A DNA stretch of 56,306 nucleotides from IMG/VR virus record IMGVR_UViG_3300037478_000259, positions 1 to 56,306 of that record. One strand, given 5' to 3'. Positions 35,874 to 46,391 of this stretch are shown one piece after another. How positions within the stretch are numbered: the stretch's first letter is position 1; the number at the start of each line of letters is the position of its first letter. The stretch comes from a virus (taxonomy: Duplodnaviria > Caudoviricetes). The notes beneath the pieces were generated by a model, which saw nothing but the letters and a program-made list of their open reading frames with translations, was not told where the DNA came from and made no database searches. A program made the translations under genes and the position numbers.

Positions 35874-35962
35874 CGTGGCCTCCTAGGTGGTGTAGTTACA
35901 CCGTACATCGGGTGTGGGTACACCGTCAAGGGTTTGCCGGGAGCAATCTCCGGAGGTGCACG

Positions 35963-36694
35963 GTGAGCCGACCACGCATCCTGGATCTCTACTGCGGACC
36001 CGGTGGCGCAGCGACGGGATACCACCAGGCCGGCTTCGACGTGGTGGGCGTGGACATCGAACCCCAGCCGCGGTACCCGTTCAAGTTCCGTAAGGCCGAC
36101 GCGCTGACGTACCTGGCCGTCCACGGCCACGAGTACGACGCCATCCACGCGTCCCCGCCCTGCCCAAGATTTGCCAACGTCACCAGATGGCGCGGCAACC
36201 AGGACGACCACCCCGACCTGCTCACCCCGACGCTGCACATGCTCGGCTGTTTCGACGTGCCCTGGGTGGTCGAGAACGTGCCCGAGGCGCCACTGCGACG
36301 CGACCTGATTTTGTGTGGGACACAGTTCGGGCTCGCCGTGAAGCGACACCGTGTCTTCCAGTTCGGCAACTGGCAGGCGTTCCAACTGCTTCCGCCGTGC
36401 CACCACCATCGTCGGCTGCTCCCATTTATGCACAAGGCGGAACGCGCGTATGCCGACGCCATGGGCTGTACCTGGATGACGAAGTACGAGGCGAGGCAGG
36501 CGGTTCCGCCCGCGTTCACCGAGTTCATAGGCGAGATGTTGCTACACCACCTGTACCCGCCGGGTGCCGCCGTGCTGCCGAACCAGACCGCGGCGGCGCC
36601 CGGCCACCACAACTCCCAGGGTGCGCGTTTCGGGACGCTGCGCGCGCCCTGGGGCAGCGTCCCGAACGTCCCGCGACAAGGAGGTGCCACATGA
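35963..36694 (+). CDS. DNA cytosine-5 methyltransferase (short)
   Basis: LDLYCGPGG, ASPPC, VVENV, KRHRVF, QAVPP. Confidence 0.85.
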   Translation: MSRPRILDLYCGPGGAATGYHQAGFDVVGVDIEPQPRYPFKFRKADALTYLAVHGHEYDAIHASPPCPRFANVTRWRGNQDDHPDLLTPTLHMLGCFDVPWVVENVPEAPLRRDLILCGTQFGLAVKRHRVFQFGNWQAFQLLPPCHHHRRLLPFMHKAERAYADAMGCTWMTKYEARQAVPPAFTEFIGEMLLHHLYPPGAAVLPNQTAAAPGHHNSQGARFGTLRAPWGSVPNVPRQGGAT

Positions 36695-37490
36695 GCACCA
36701 CAGTGATCGGCCTGTTCTGGCTGGCGCTCGCCGTGGCCGCCGTCGCTGGGCTGCACCTGCTCGACCGGCGGCTGGTACGCACGGCCAGCCGGGAATGGGA
36801 GCAGGCCCGGCACGCGGCCCGGGTCAGCGGGTTGGCGGACCGGCGTTCGCAGGATGACCTCGAAGGGTGGCGGTGAACATGGCTGAGCAGGTCTACACCG
36901 AACGCCACGACGTGGGGCTGGTGGCACGGGCCATCCACGATCACGCCTGCCCATCTGACCCGGATGCTGGCTGCGCATGGTTTGAGGACGGCCCACCATG
37001 CGACATCGACGAGTGCGCCGGTTTTGCCCGCACCGTGTTGGATGCGATGGTCGCTGCCGGGTGGAGGCCGCCCAGCGCCACCGGCGCAGTCATCCACCCC
37101 ACCCACGCCGAGCAGGTGGCCTACGACGAGGGATACGCCCAGGGCCGCACGGCAGCCGCCGAGGCCATCGCCGACGCGCTCGACGCGGAACTGAAGCATG
37201 GCGCGCCTGCGATGTCACCGGCCTACCACAGCGGCTATCGCGAAGCTGCCCGCTATGTGCGTGACCGCGGGGCGGAGGCCGACCATGGCTGAGCACATCG
37301 AGCACGAAGCCGTGCAAGCCATCCGACAGTTCTTGGGCCCGGCCGCCACCCGCGCCGACGCAGCCACCGTCCTACCCGCCTGGGCCGCCTACCACCAATG
37401 GCGCCTCGACCAGCTGGACTTCGCCGCGGTGCTCGACCAGTTCGACCACACCGGATGGCCGGCCACCCTGCACACCACCGGGAGCACACC

Positions 37491-37793
37491 ATGACCGTCA
37501 CCATTACCGACCTGGACTGGCGGCTACGCGCCGCCTGCCGCGACCACCCGCTCGGCTTCGACGCATGGTTCCCGCTGCCCGGGGAGACCGGCATGGCGGC
37601 CAAGGCGGTGTGCAACACAGAATGCCCGGTCCGCTTCCAATGCCTGGAGTGGATCATGACCGCTGAGCGTGGTGCCGACGACCGGCACCGGTACGGCATC
37701 GCCGGCGGACTGTCCCCGCGAGAACGGTCACAGTCGGAACAGTGCCAGTTTGGCCGCTGCGTCCACCTCGACCACCAAGGGGGCGGGCTGTGA
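37491..37793 (+). CDS. whiB: WhiB-family transcription factor
   Basis: WRLRAAC...WFP...AKAVC..CPVRFQCL...GIAGGLSPRER. Confidence 0.9.
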   Translation: MTVTITDLDWRLRAACRDHPLGFDAWFPLPGETGMAAKAVCNTECPVRFQCLEWIMTAERGADDRHRYGIAGGLSPRERSQSEQCQFGRCVHLDHQGGGL

Positions 37794-39268
37794 GCGAGCT
37801 GACCACCACCCATCTGCGCGACCGGATGTTGCATGCGATCGGCTGCTACGAGGACGCCAAACGCCGCTTCGTCACCATCACCGACGCCTACAAAAGTTAC
37901 GGCCGGCACCCGGCCGACGCGGAGATCCTGGCCGCCGGAGACCCGCGCCGCCAGTCCGCCGCCGCAGACTGCGGCTTCTACGGCGCCGAGATCCAACGCT
38001 ACGGCACTGCGCTGATCGCCCTGACCCTGACGGGGGGCGACTCGTGAGCACCCCGTGGACCGCGTTCGTGGTCATGGCCGTCGGCGGCGCCCTGTTCTTC
38101 ATGATCTTGCTGGAGTACTTGAACTACGTGATGCACCGCGACCTCATGGAGCGGATCTTGTGGTACCTGGACTACCTCGCCTACGGGTCCGACGAGGAAG
38201 AGCCCGTCGACGAAGACGGCGAGTCTGATCCCCTAGTCGATCACCTGACGTACGACGAGGAGGAGTGATGACCGCTGTGCGCTGGGCGCGCACCCCAGCC
38301 GCCGTGCTGCGGTGGTGGCACCGGCAACAAGCCACCTGGCGTATCCGCGTCGCCCGGCGTGTCCTACGCCGCAACCGTGACGTCCTCGAATTACCTCGGC
38401 TGCTCCGCGCGGCCATGGCTGACCGTGCCACCTGCGCTGTCTGCGGCGAGGAGCATGCGCTGCGGCAAGACGGCCGGGTACGCGGCCACGGCCACGGCTG
38501 CCCAGGCGGCGCGGAGCTCCCCGCACCCATCACCGGGAGGACAACGTGAGCGACACCCCGACCGTGCGGCCCGGGCAAATCTGGGCCGACAACGACCCGC
38601 GCGCGACCGGCCGCACCCTGCGCGTCGACGAAATCTGGCCCGGCGAATGGACGGACCGGCTGATAGCCGTGTGCACCGTCCTGACCAACACGGACAGCAC
38701 TCAGCGGCTCGTCGACGACCCGGTTAGTAGCGTCTGCCGGCCGCGGGACATGCGCGGCCGGCAGACGCAGATCGCAGTCGTCCGGTTCGCGCGGCCCACG
38801 TCCACCGGCTACCGGCTGGTCCAAGACGCACCGGAGGTGCAGCCGTGACCCGCATCGTCAACGTGTACAAGGCGGCGCCCGGGTACAGCTACGAGCCCAC
38901 CGACACTGTGCACATCCGCGTCGACATCGACATGCCGGCCGACCCGCCTGACGACTACGCGCAACGCGACGCCAGCCTGATCTACGACGCGCTCTACGCA
39001 TCGTTGCCCTCGGGCACCCTCGACGCGTTACTCGCCACCATGGTCGACCGCCACCCCCGGCTCTACCGGCAGGTGACGCCGTGACCGCCGCGCAAGACTT
39101 GGCCGTCGCCACCGCCATGTGTGCCCGGCACGTCAAACTGTTCCGCCGCGGCTGCCCCATGCCCGCCGTGGAGCGGCCCACCGGCCGCTGCGAACACGGC
39201 CACAAGTTGGCCACCGCCTGGCTGGGTGCGTGGCGGCGGCACGTCGACGGCATGAGCGGGAGGCGCTG

Positions 39269-40144
39269 ATGGGCACCGTCATCACCGAGCCAGGCGTCTA
39301 CCAGCTGAGCGACGCGGACTACCATGCCGACCCGGTACCCGGCGGCAGCCTGTCCTCCTCCGGCGCCCGGATGCTCCTACCACCGTCCTGCCCGGCCCGG
39401 TACGCCTACCAGCGTGACCACCCGCCCACACCGAAGCCGGAATACGACCTCGGGCACGCCGCGCACCGGCTGATGCTAGGCGTCGGACCGCAGCTGGTGG
39501 TGGTGGAGGCGGCAGACTGGCGGACGAAGGTGGCGCGGGAGATACGGGACGACGCGCACGCCGCCGGCCGGGTGCCGCTGCTGGCCGCGCAACACGAACA
39601 GGTGCGGCGCATGTTCACCGCATTGCGGGAGCATCCCATCGCCAACGAGCTACTCAACCCGGACACCATGGCCGCCGAACAGTCACTGTTCTGGGTCGAT
39701 CCCGAGACCACGATCTGGCGCCGCGCCCGCCTGGATGCCATGTCCCGACCGGACCCCGACGGCCCTCCGGTTGTCGTCGACTACAAGAGCTGCCGGTCGG
39801 CAGACCTCGGCCACATCCGCAGAGCCATGTGGGACTACGGCTACGCAGCCCAGGCCGATTGGTATCTCGACGGCGCCGCGACGCTCGACGGAGCCTACGA
39901 CGGCACCTCGTTCTACTTCGTGTTCCAAGAGGTCACGGCGCCGTATCTGGTGAGCGTGGTCGAACCCGAAGTCGACGCGTTGGCCATCGGCCGGCAGCGC
40001 AACCGGGAGGCCATCGAAATCTACCGGGATTGTGTCGAGTCCGGCCGTTGGCCGGCGCACACCGATCCCGGCGACATACCACTGGTCGGTCTACCCGCCT
40101 GGGTGGAACGCCAGCACACCACCACCGAAGAGGAGTACCTGTGA
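39269..40144 (+). CDS. recE: RecE-like PD-(D/E)xK exonuclease
   Basis: LSSSG, GHAAH, EQSLFW, RARLD, VDYKS, YGYAAQADWY; adjacent to RecT. Confidence 0.85.
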   Translation: MGTVITEPGVYQLSDADYHADPVPGGSLSSSGARMLLPPSCPARYAYQRDHPPTPKPEYDLGHAAHRLMLGVGPQLVVVEAADWRTKVAREIRDDAHAAGRVPLLAAQHEQVRRMFTALREHPIANELLNPDTMAAEQSLFWVDPETTIWRRARLDAMSRPDPDGPPVVVDYKSCRSADLGHIRRAMWDYGYAAQADWYLDGAATLDGAYDGTSFYFVFQEVTAPYLVSVVEPEVDALAIGRQRNREAIEIYRDCVESGRWPAHTDPGDIPLVGLPAWVERQHTTTEEEYL

Positions 40145-41004
40145 GCAACACCAGCAGTGCCATCGCCCGGCGCAACCAGCAGCTCGCCGACAAGCAGAAG
40201 ACGTTGGCCCAGCAGATCGAGGCCATGAAACCGGAGATCGCCCGCGCGCTGCCCAAACACCTGAACCCGGAGCGGATGGCCCGCATCGCCGTCACCGTCA
40301 TGCGCCGCACCCCGAAACTGGCCGAGTGCACCCCGGCGTCGTTCCTCGGCGCGCTGATGACCAGTGCCCAACTCGGCCTCGAACCCGGGCCGCTCGGCCA
40401 CGCCTACTACGTGCCGTACAAGCAGCACCGCCGCAACTGCACCGACCGGCAGAACTGTGACTGCCCGTCAGAGGTCACGTTCATCGCCGGCTACCGCGGC
40501 CTGGTCGACCTGGCACGCCGCTCCGGGCAGGTGTCCACGGTCTACGCCCGGGTGGTCCGACCAGATGACAGCTTCGACTACGAGTTCGGGCTGAACCCGC
40601 GGCTGGAGCACAAGCCCGCCGACGACATCGACAAGCCACTCACCCACGTGTATGCCGTCATCGTCTACAAGGACGGCGGCAAGGACTTCGATGTCATGAC
40701 CAAGGCTGAGGTCGAGCGGATCCGCAAGCGCAGCAAGGCGGCGAAGGACGGACCGTGGGTCACCGACTATCCGGAGATGGCCAAGAAGACGGTGCTCCGG
40801 CGGCTGTGCAAGACGGCTCCGATGTCCGTGGAGTATCAGCAGGCGGTCGGTAACGACGAGCAGGCTCGCACCTCCACCGCCATCGCCGACATTGACCTGT
40901 CGGTGCCGGTCGACGAATCGGAGGCGATCGACGGTGAGGTCGTCGACGAGCCGGACACGTGGCCCGAGGTGGCCACCCCACCCGAGGCAGGCACCGATGC
41001 CTGA
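40141..41004 (+). CDS. recT: RecT single-strand annealing protein
   Basis: AQLGLEP, AYYVPY, GYRGLVDLARRSG, PWVTDYPEMAKKTVLRRL. Confidence 0.93.
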   Translation: MSNTSSAIARRNQQLADKQKTLAQQIEAMKPEIARALPKHLNPERMARIAVTVMRRTPKLAECTPASFLGALMTSAQLGLEPGPLGHAYYVPYKQHRRNCTDRQNCDCPSEVTFIAGYRGLVDLARRSGQVSTVYARVVRPDDSFDYEFGLNPRLEHKPADDIDKPLTHVYAVIVYKDGGKDFDVMTKAEVERIRKRSKAAKDGPWVTDYPEMAKKTVLRRLCKTAPMSVEYQQAVGNDEQARTSTAIADIDLSVPVDESEAIDGEVVDEPDTWPEVATPPEAGTDA

Positions 41005-41199
41005 CGTCACCCCGCTCGCCGCACGCATCACCGCCAAACAGCGGACGTACGAGAGGCTGGCCGCCGAGTACTGGGAACACTTCGACGTGTTCACGGCCGT
41101 GCGGTACCGGGCCATGGCGCTGGCCTACCGGGTCGTCGTCGAGGAAGACCTGACGTGGTACGCGCAATCCGACAGTGAGCCCGAGGCAGGTGAACCGGC

Positions 41200-41862
41200 A
41201 TGACCGTCACCATCCCCACCACCGACCTCGTGGGCATCCTCGCCGACACCGTGCCATTTGCCTCACCCGACACCGAAGTGCCAGTGCTCAACGCCATCCG
41301 CGTCGAATGGGACGGCGCCGCGCTGCACGCCATGTCCACCGACCGGTACCGCATCGCCTGGTCAACCTGGAACCCCGACGACGAACCGGACGACGACCGG
41401 CAGGACGACCTGTTCGCCGACTGGGGTGCCGACGACATCTTCGAAAAGTGGCACGTGCACATCGCGCTCGACGACGCCAAGGACATCATCGGCGCGTACA
41501 AGCTGCCCGCCAAAGAAGCTGGCGGGGTGGCGGTGAGTGTCCGCCGGGTTGTCGACGCCGCCGGGGAACAACTGGTCGTCGACCGGTCAAGATTGACCGG
41601 CCACAGCGCTATCACGATGGTCGTCCGCTGCATGGCCGTCGACCCCGACCCGGACATCCGCGGCCTACTCGCGCGGCACGACGTGGCCGAACCGGTGCGG
41701 CAGATCACGTACAACGCACGGTTCCTGGCCGACTTCGCCAAAGTCAGGCAGCAAGGGCCGCTGCGGATGACGCACACCCCCAGCGGGATGACCCTGGTCG
41801 CGATCGGCGAACGGTTCGTCGGCGCCATCCAAGCCGTCAAGGAGGCGGGCACCGATGGCTGA
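41200..41862 (+). CDS. DNA polymerase III beta-clamp-like protein
   Basis: PVLNAIRVE, STDRYRIA, YNARFLADF. Confidence 0.65.
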   Translation: MTVTIPTTDLVGILADTVPFASPDTEVPVLNAIRVEWDGAALHAMSTDRYRIAWSTWNPDDEPDDDRQDDLFADWGADDIFEKWHVHIALDDAKDIIGAYKLPAKEAGGVAVSVRRVVDAAGEQLVVDRSRLTGHSAITMVVRCMAVDPDPDIRGLLARHDVAEPVRQITYNARFLADFAKVRQQGPLRMTHTPSGMTLVAIGERFVGAIQAVKEAGTDG

Positions 41863-42053
41863 GCACACCCGATCCGCCAGCTCACACCGGCCAGGACCAC
41901 CCAGCCGCGGCACCTGCCCCACCTGTGGCGTCGCCACAGACGGCGTGCACATCGCCGGCAACGTCTACGACTACCAGTGCGAGCCGTGCGTCACCCAGAC
42001 CGACTTCGACTTCAACACGTTCCTCGACCACCCCTTCGACGAGGATGCCACCG

Positions 42054-42401
42054 ATGGCTAGCCGTATGGGCGAAGGAGACCTGCAAGGTGCGGTCATCGA
42101 CCTGTGCCGGCTGCTGCACCTGCGCGTCGCCCACTTCCGCCCCGCGCGCACCGACCTGGGCTGGCGCACCCCCGTCGGCGCCGACGGTGCCGGGTTCCCC
42201 GACCTGGTAATCGTCGGCCCCGGCGGGGTCGCCTTCCGAGAACTCAAGTCTGACCGGGGCCGGCTCAGCGCCGACCAGAAACTGTGGCAGGACGCACTGT
42301 ACGACGCCGGAGCCGACCACTGGGTCTGGCGTCCCACCGACTGGGTTGACGGCCTCGTAAACGAAGAGCTGCGGATGCTCGCAGGGAAGGACGACCGGTG
42401 A
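42054..42401 (+). CDS. VRR-NUC domain nuclease
   Basis: GFPDLVI, FRELKS..GRLSADQKLW, VWRP. Confidence 0.85.
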   Translation: MASRMGEGDLQGAVIDLCRLLHLRVAHFRPARTDLGWRTPVGADGAGFPDLVIVGPGGVAFRELKSDRGRLSADQKLWQDALYDAGADHWVWRPTDWVDGLVNEELRMLAGKDDR

Positions 42402-43963
42402 GACCCCCGACCCAGCGGCCGCGGTGGCGATGCCTGTCCCCCGGCTGCCCCGCCCACACCTGGCAGTGGATACCCGCCCACCTTGACCCGGTGCACGGCG
42501 GCCGGGATGCCATCGAAGCGCACTGGGCGGACGTCCACGGCGACGGCCCTGACCCGCCGTCGGCCGTGCTGGACACGACGCCGGCGAACACGGTGGTGCG
42601 CTGCCCAGCATGCGGGGCCCGGCAGCACACCTGGTCATGGGTAACGGCCGGACGCTGCCGGATCTGCAAGGGCCTGGTCACATGGGCAGAGGAGTCGCAC
42701 CGTGGATGAGCCACACGTGGAGGTTACCCGGTACACCGTCTCGGTGCTGCCGGAAGGCAGCATCAACCGGGGCCACTACGACATCACCGTTGAGCAGCGC
42801 GCGCCCGGCCGGTGGGGAGCCTGCTGGATGGGTCGATGCCTCGGTGCCGATGGTGAGTGGGACTACGAGCCGACGCCATCAAACCTTGAAGACGACTGGC
42901 TGGAGGCCCACCGTTTCGGCCTGGGCAGGGCGCTGCGCCTGGCGAAGCAGGCCGCGCCGGGTATGACCGTCAACGGGATGACCGCGGTGGAGTGCGCGGA
43001 GTGGGAGGCACACCGTGGCTGACACCTTCGATCGTGGAGAGCTGCAAACGTACGAGGTCGTGTGGACCAGCGGCCATACCGAACGGGTGCCGGCACACCA
43101 AGTCAGTTGGACCAACGCGTTGCAAAGGTCGCTGTTCGGCGACAAACCGGCCGTGCCGACACGTATCCGGTTCCACGCCGAGATCGACGGCCAATGGCTG
43201 CTTGTGCTGGACGCGCTGGAGCAGGACATCCGCACCGTCCGGCTCGTCACCCAGGGCGAAGGAGTCCCCCGTGGATGAGTTCGACGAGTTCGTGCTGTTC
43301 GACGACCGCGGGAATGAGCGGCTGGTGTGCCCGGACTGCATAGCCGTGTGCGCACCCGAGACCCCGGTCCGGTGCGACAAGGACTGGTGCTGCTGCGACT
43401 GCAACCAGGACGACCTGGACTGGCAACTAGCCGAGGAGTTGGCCGACCCGGAGTTCGCCGCCGCGTATCGGATGGCGCAGGACCGGGCTGCGGCCGCGCG
43501 CGCCCGGGAGTTGGACGACCGCGGCGACGACCAGCTGGCTGCCATCGCCCGCGACCTCGAGGCGGAGGCCCGGCCGGATGTTACCGCGCTGACCGTGGAG
43601 CGTTTCGGCCGGCCGACACGGGGCGCGGCCTGATGCCGGCCGGGATGGTGCGACCGCGCGGCCCGTACGACAGGTGGCTGGTCGCCGGCACCCTGGTGCG
43701 CGACCGGTATCCGTGCACGTGCAACGGGACGCGGGAGTGCGGCCGGCGGTGCTGGTGCCGGGGACGGCTGGACGCGGCGTCGATGGGCACGGCGTGCTGT
43801 TCGCGGCGGGCTGTGGAGACGGAGGCGAGGCAGGGATGAGCATGGTGAGCGTCCGCCGGCACGACTACCAGCCGGCAACTGGTGGCGGCTGCGTGGTGTG
43901 CCCGCTGCCGGACGACAACGAGATACATCGACCACAACGGACGTGCAGGACGGGGAGGCGGCA

Positions 43964-45247
43964 GTGACCACGAGCACCAAGGGCCTGGCGATCGCGGAGG
44001 TCGTCTGGCGCGAAGACCTGTACCCCCGTCTGGAGACTGACGCACGGAAGGTCGACCAGTACGCCGAAGACCTCACTGTGCTACCACCGATCGAGGTGAA
44101 CCAGCGGAACGAACTGATCGACGGCTGGCACCGGTGGACAGCGCACCGCAAGGCCGGTGCCGAACAGGTACCCGTAGTCGTGACCGAGACGACCAGCGAT
44201 GAGCACCTACTGGAGTTGGCGATCCGGCGTAACGCCAAGCACGGCTTGCAGTTGTCGGCCGAGGACAAGCGGGACATGGCACGGCGGATCTACAACGGCA
44301 CGGCCGAGCGGGACCGTGAGCGGAAGAAGGTCGAGCTTGCGTCGATCTTGTCTGTGAGCGAACGCACGGTGCGCGAGTGGTTGTCCAGAATCGACAAGGA
44401 CGCCAAGACGGCCCGCGACAAGCGCATCTTCGGTATGTGGCTGTCCTGTCATACAGATCAGGAGGCCGCGGATGCCGAGGGGATGGTTCGGAGGACGGTT
44501 GCCGACCTGACAGCCGACTTTGGCGAGATCGGCAAACTTTCCGAATCCGCCAAAGCTGCCGCACAGCACGCCACAGACTTCGACCCGCCGCTGTACAACG
44601 TGTGGAAGCAGCAGACCAAGACGGCCGGCGGCAAGCACTTCGGCAACAGCGAAGTCCGCTGGGTGGACAACCTGCTCTACCTCTACACCAAGCCGTTCGA
44701 CATCGTGGTAGACCCATTCGCCGGCAGCGGGTCCACGGCCGATCTGTGCAAGAAGCGGATGCGCCGGTACTGGGTCAGCGACCGCAAGCCGGCTGTTGGC
44801 CGGGAGGCGGTCATCCGTAAACACGACCTGACCGACGGCCTACCCCGGCTGCCGCGGTGGCAAGACGTCGGGCTGGTGTACCTAGATCCGCCGTACTGGA
44901 AACAGGCCGAGGGACGGTACAGCCAGGACCCGCAAGACTTGGCAAACATGGACCTCCCGCTGTTCACGCAGACGCTGGTCGGGTTGATCCGAGACTTCGC
45001 GAAGAAACTGCCCAAGGGTGCACACATCGCGCTCATCATCCAACCCACGCAGTGGAACGCGCCGGAGCACGAGTTCACCGACCACATCGCGGACACGTTA
45101 CGGCTGGTCAAGCACCCCGTGGCCATGCGCGTCTCGGTGCCGTATGAGTCGCAGCAGTACAACGCGCAACAGGTGGAGTGGGCCAAAGCTAACCGACGGG
45201 TGCTTGTGCTCACACGCGAGATCGTCGTGTGGCGGGTGGAGAAATAG
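43964..45247 (+). CDS. ParB-like domain fused to amino (N6A/N4C) DNA methyltransferase
   Basis: PPIEV...LIDGWHR; HTH VSERTVREW; VDPFAGSGST; YLDPPY. Confidence 0.8.
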   Translation: MTTSTKGLAIAEVVWREDLYPRLETDARKVDQYAEDLTVLPPIEVNQRNELIDGWHRWTAHRKAGAEQVPVVVTETTSDEHLLELAIRRNAKHGLQLSAEDKRDMARRIYNGTAERDRERKKVELASILSVSERTVREWLSRIDKDAKTARDKRIFGMWLSCHTDQEAADAEGMVRRTVADLTADFGEIGKLSESAKAAAQHATDFDPPLYNVWKQQTKTAGGKHFGNSEVRWVDNLLYLYTKPFDIVVDPFAGSGSTADLCKKRMRRYWVSDRKPAVGREAVIRKHDLTDGLPRLPRWQDVGLVYLDPPYWKQAEGRYSQDPQDLANMDLPLFTQTLVGLIRDFAKKLPKGAHIALIIQPTQWNAPEHEFTDHIADTLRLVKHPVAMRVSVPYESQQYNAQQVEWAKANRRVLVLTREIVVWRVEK

Positions 45248-45742
45248 ATGAGCCAGCGCCGACACTGCAAACGAGGACACGACCCATACATGGACCAGTG
45301 GCACCGCAAGGACTCGGTGAAGAGATTCATAGACCCGCAGCGCGCCGAGTGGCTCACCATGATCGACGTGGACTGCTGTGAGTACTGCTTCCTCGGCGGC
45401 TGTCTGGAGCCGGTGGCGCTGATCGAAACCAAACTGATCTGGAGCCGCGAAAAGAGCATCACCGTCACCACTAACCTGGCTCGCCGCGCAAACATCCCCG
45501 CGTACCTGGTCGAGTACCAGACCACCATGCCGACCGCACAGTGCGAAGCGTGCGAGCAGCCGATGGCGGTCGTGGACAACGACATCGAGTACTTCGCCAT
45601 CACCGGGCCTGGTGCACCCGAGGATGTCGTAAAGCCGCCGGATTACGCCGAGTGGTTGTGGTCGCTGCGGCTGGACCACTGGCTGACCGAGTGTCGGAAC
45701 CCCGCTGCCAAGCGGATGACGCAGTGGGAGACGACGCCATGA
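45248..45742 (+). CDS. Possible PD-(D/E)xK nuclease-like protein
   Basis: IDVD...ALIETK; CxxC; abuts the methylase. Confidence 0.45.
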   Translation: MSQRRHCKRGHDPYMDQWHRKDSVKRFIDPQRAEWLTMIDVDCCEYCFLGGCLEPVALIETKLIWSREKSITVTTNLARRANIPAYLVEYQTTMPTAQCEACEQPMAVVDNDIEYFAITGPGAPEDVVKPPDYAEWLWSLRLDHWLTECRNPAAKRMTQWETTP

Positions 45743-45971
45743 CCCGCCCCGGTTCCCGCGACCACGGCCGCGCGCCCGCCGGCGCCCGGCCCGCCGCCGC
45801 CTACACCACGGCCGAACTGCCACCCCCCGACACCCCCGTGCTGCACTGCGCATGCGGCGCCGTGTTCCGGGATCATCCGGCCAGCGAAGCCGCACACCAC
45901 GCCGTGTTCGGCCACCGACCCATCCGCCAACCGGCACCGACCGTCCAACTAGACCAACGGGGGGAACGCCC

Positions 45972-46358
45972 ATGAGCCTGCCGTGGGTCCGGCTGGACAC
46001 CACGATGCCCGACCACCCCAAAATCATCCAACTCGTCGACGACTACAAAGACGGCCGCGGCACCGCATTCATCTACATCTGCTCGATGGCCTACGCCGGC
46101 CGCCACGGCACCGACGGGTTCATACCCAAAGGTGCGCTCGCCCGCATCGGCGGCCGCCCCGTCGACGCCGACCGGCTCGTCCAGGTCGGACTATGGCACA
46201 AGGAAGGAACCGGATGGGTCATCCACGGCTGGGCCGAGTACCAGCAGACCAACGAGGAGACTCAAGAGCGCCGACGGAAGATCGAGGAGTTGTCACGAAA
46301 AGGCAACTGCGTACGGTGGCACGGCGAAGACTGCGGATGCTGGCGGGAGTCCCCATGA
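45972..46358 (+). CDS. Replication initiator-like N-terminal domain protein
   Basis: PWVRLD...HPKI...HGTDGFIP...WVIHGWAEYQ pattern of actinophage initiators. Confidence 0.6.
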   Translation: MSLPWVRLDTTMPDHPKIIQLVDDYKDGRGTAFIYICSMAYAGRHGTDGFIPKGALARIGGRPVDADRLVQVGLWHKEGTGWVIHGWAEYQQTNEETQERRRKIEELSRKGNCVRWHGEDCGCWRESP

Positions 46359-46391
46359 CCTATCCCCACGGGAGTCCCGCACGGGAGTCCC
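46344..46391 (+). repeat. Three copies of CGGGAGTCCC (iteron-like)
   Basis: Exact copies at 46344, 46369, 46382. Confidence 0.7.
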
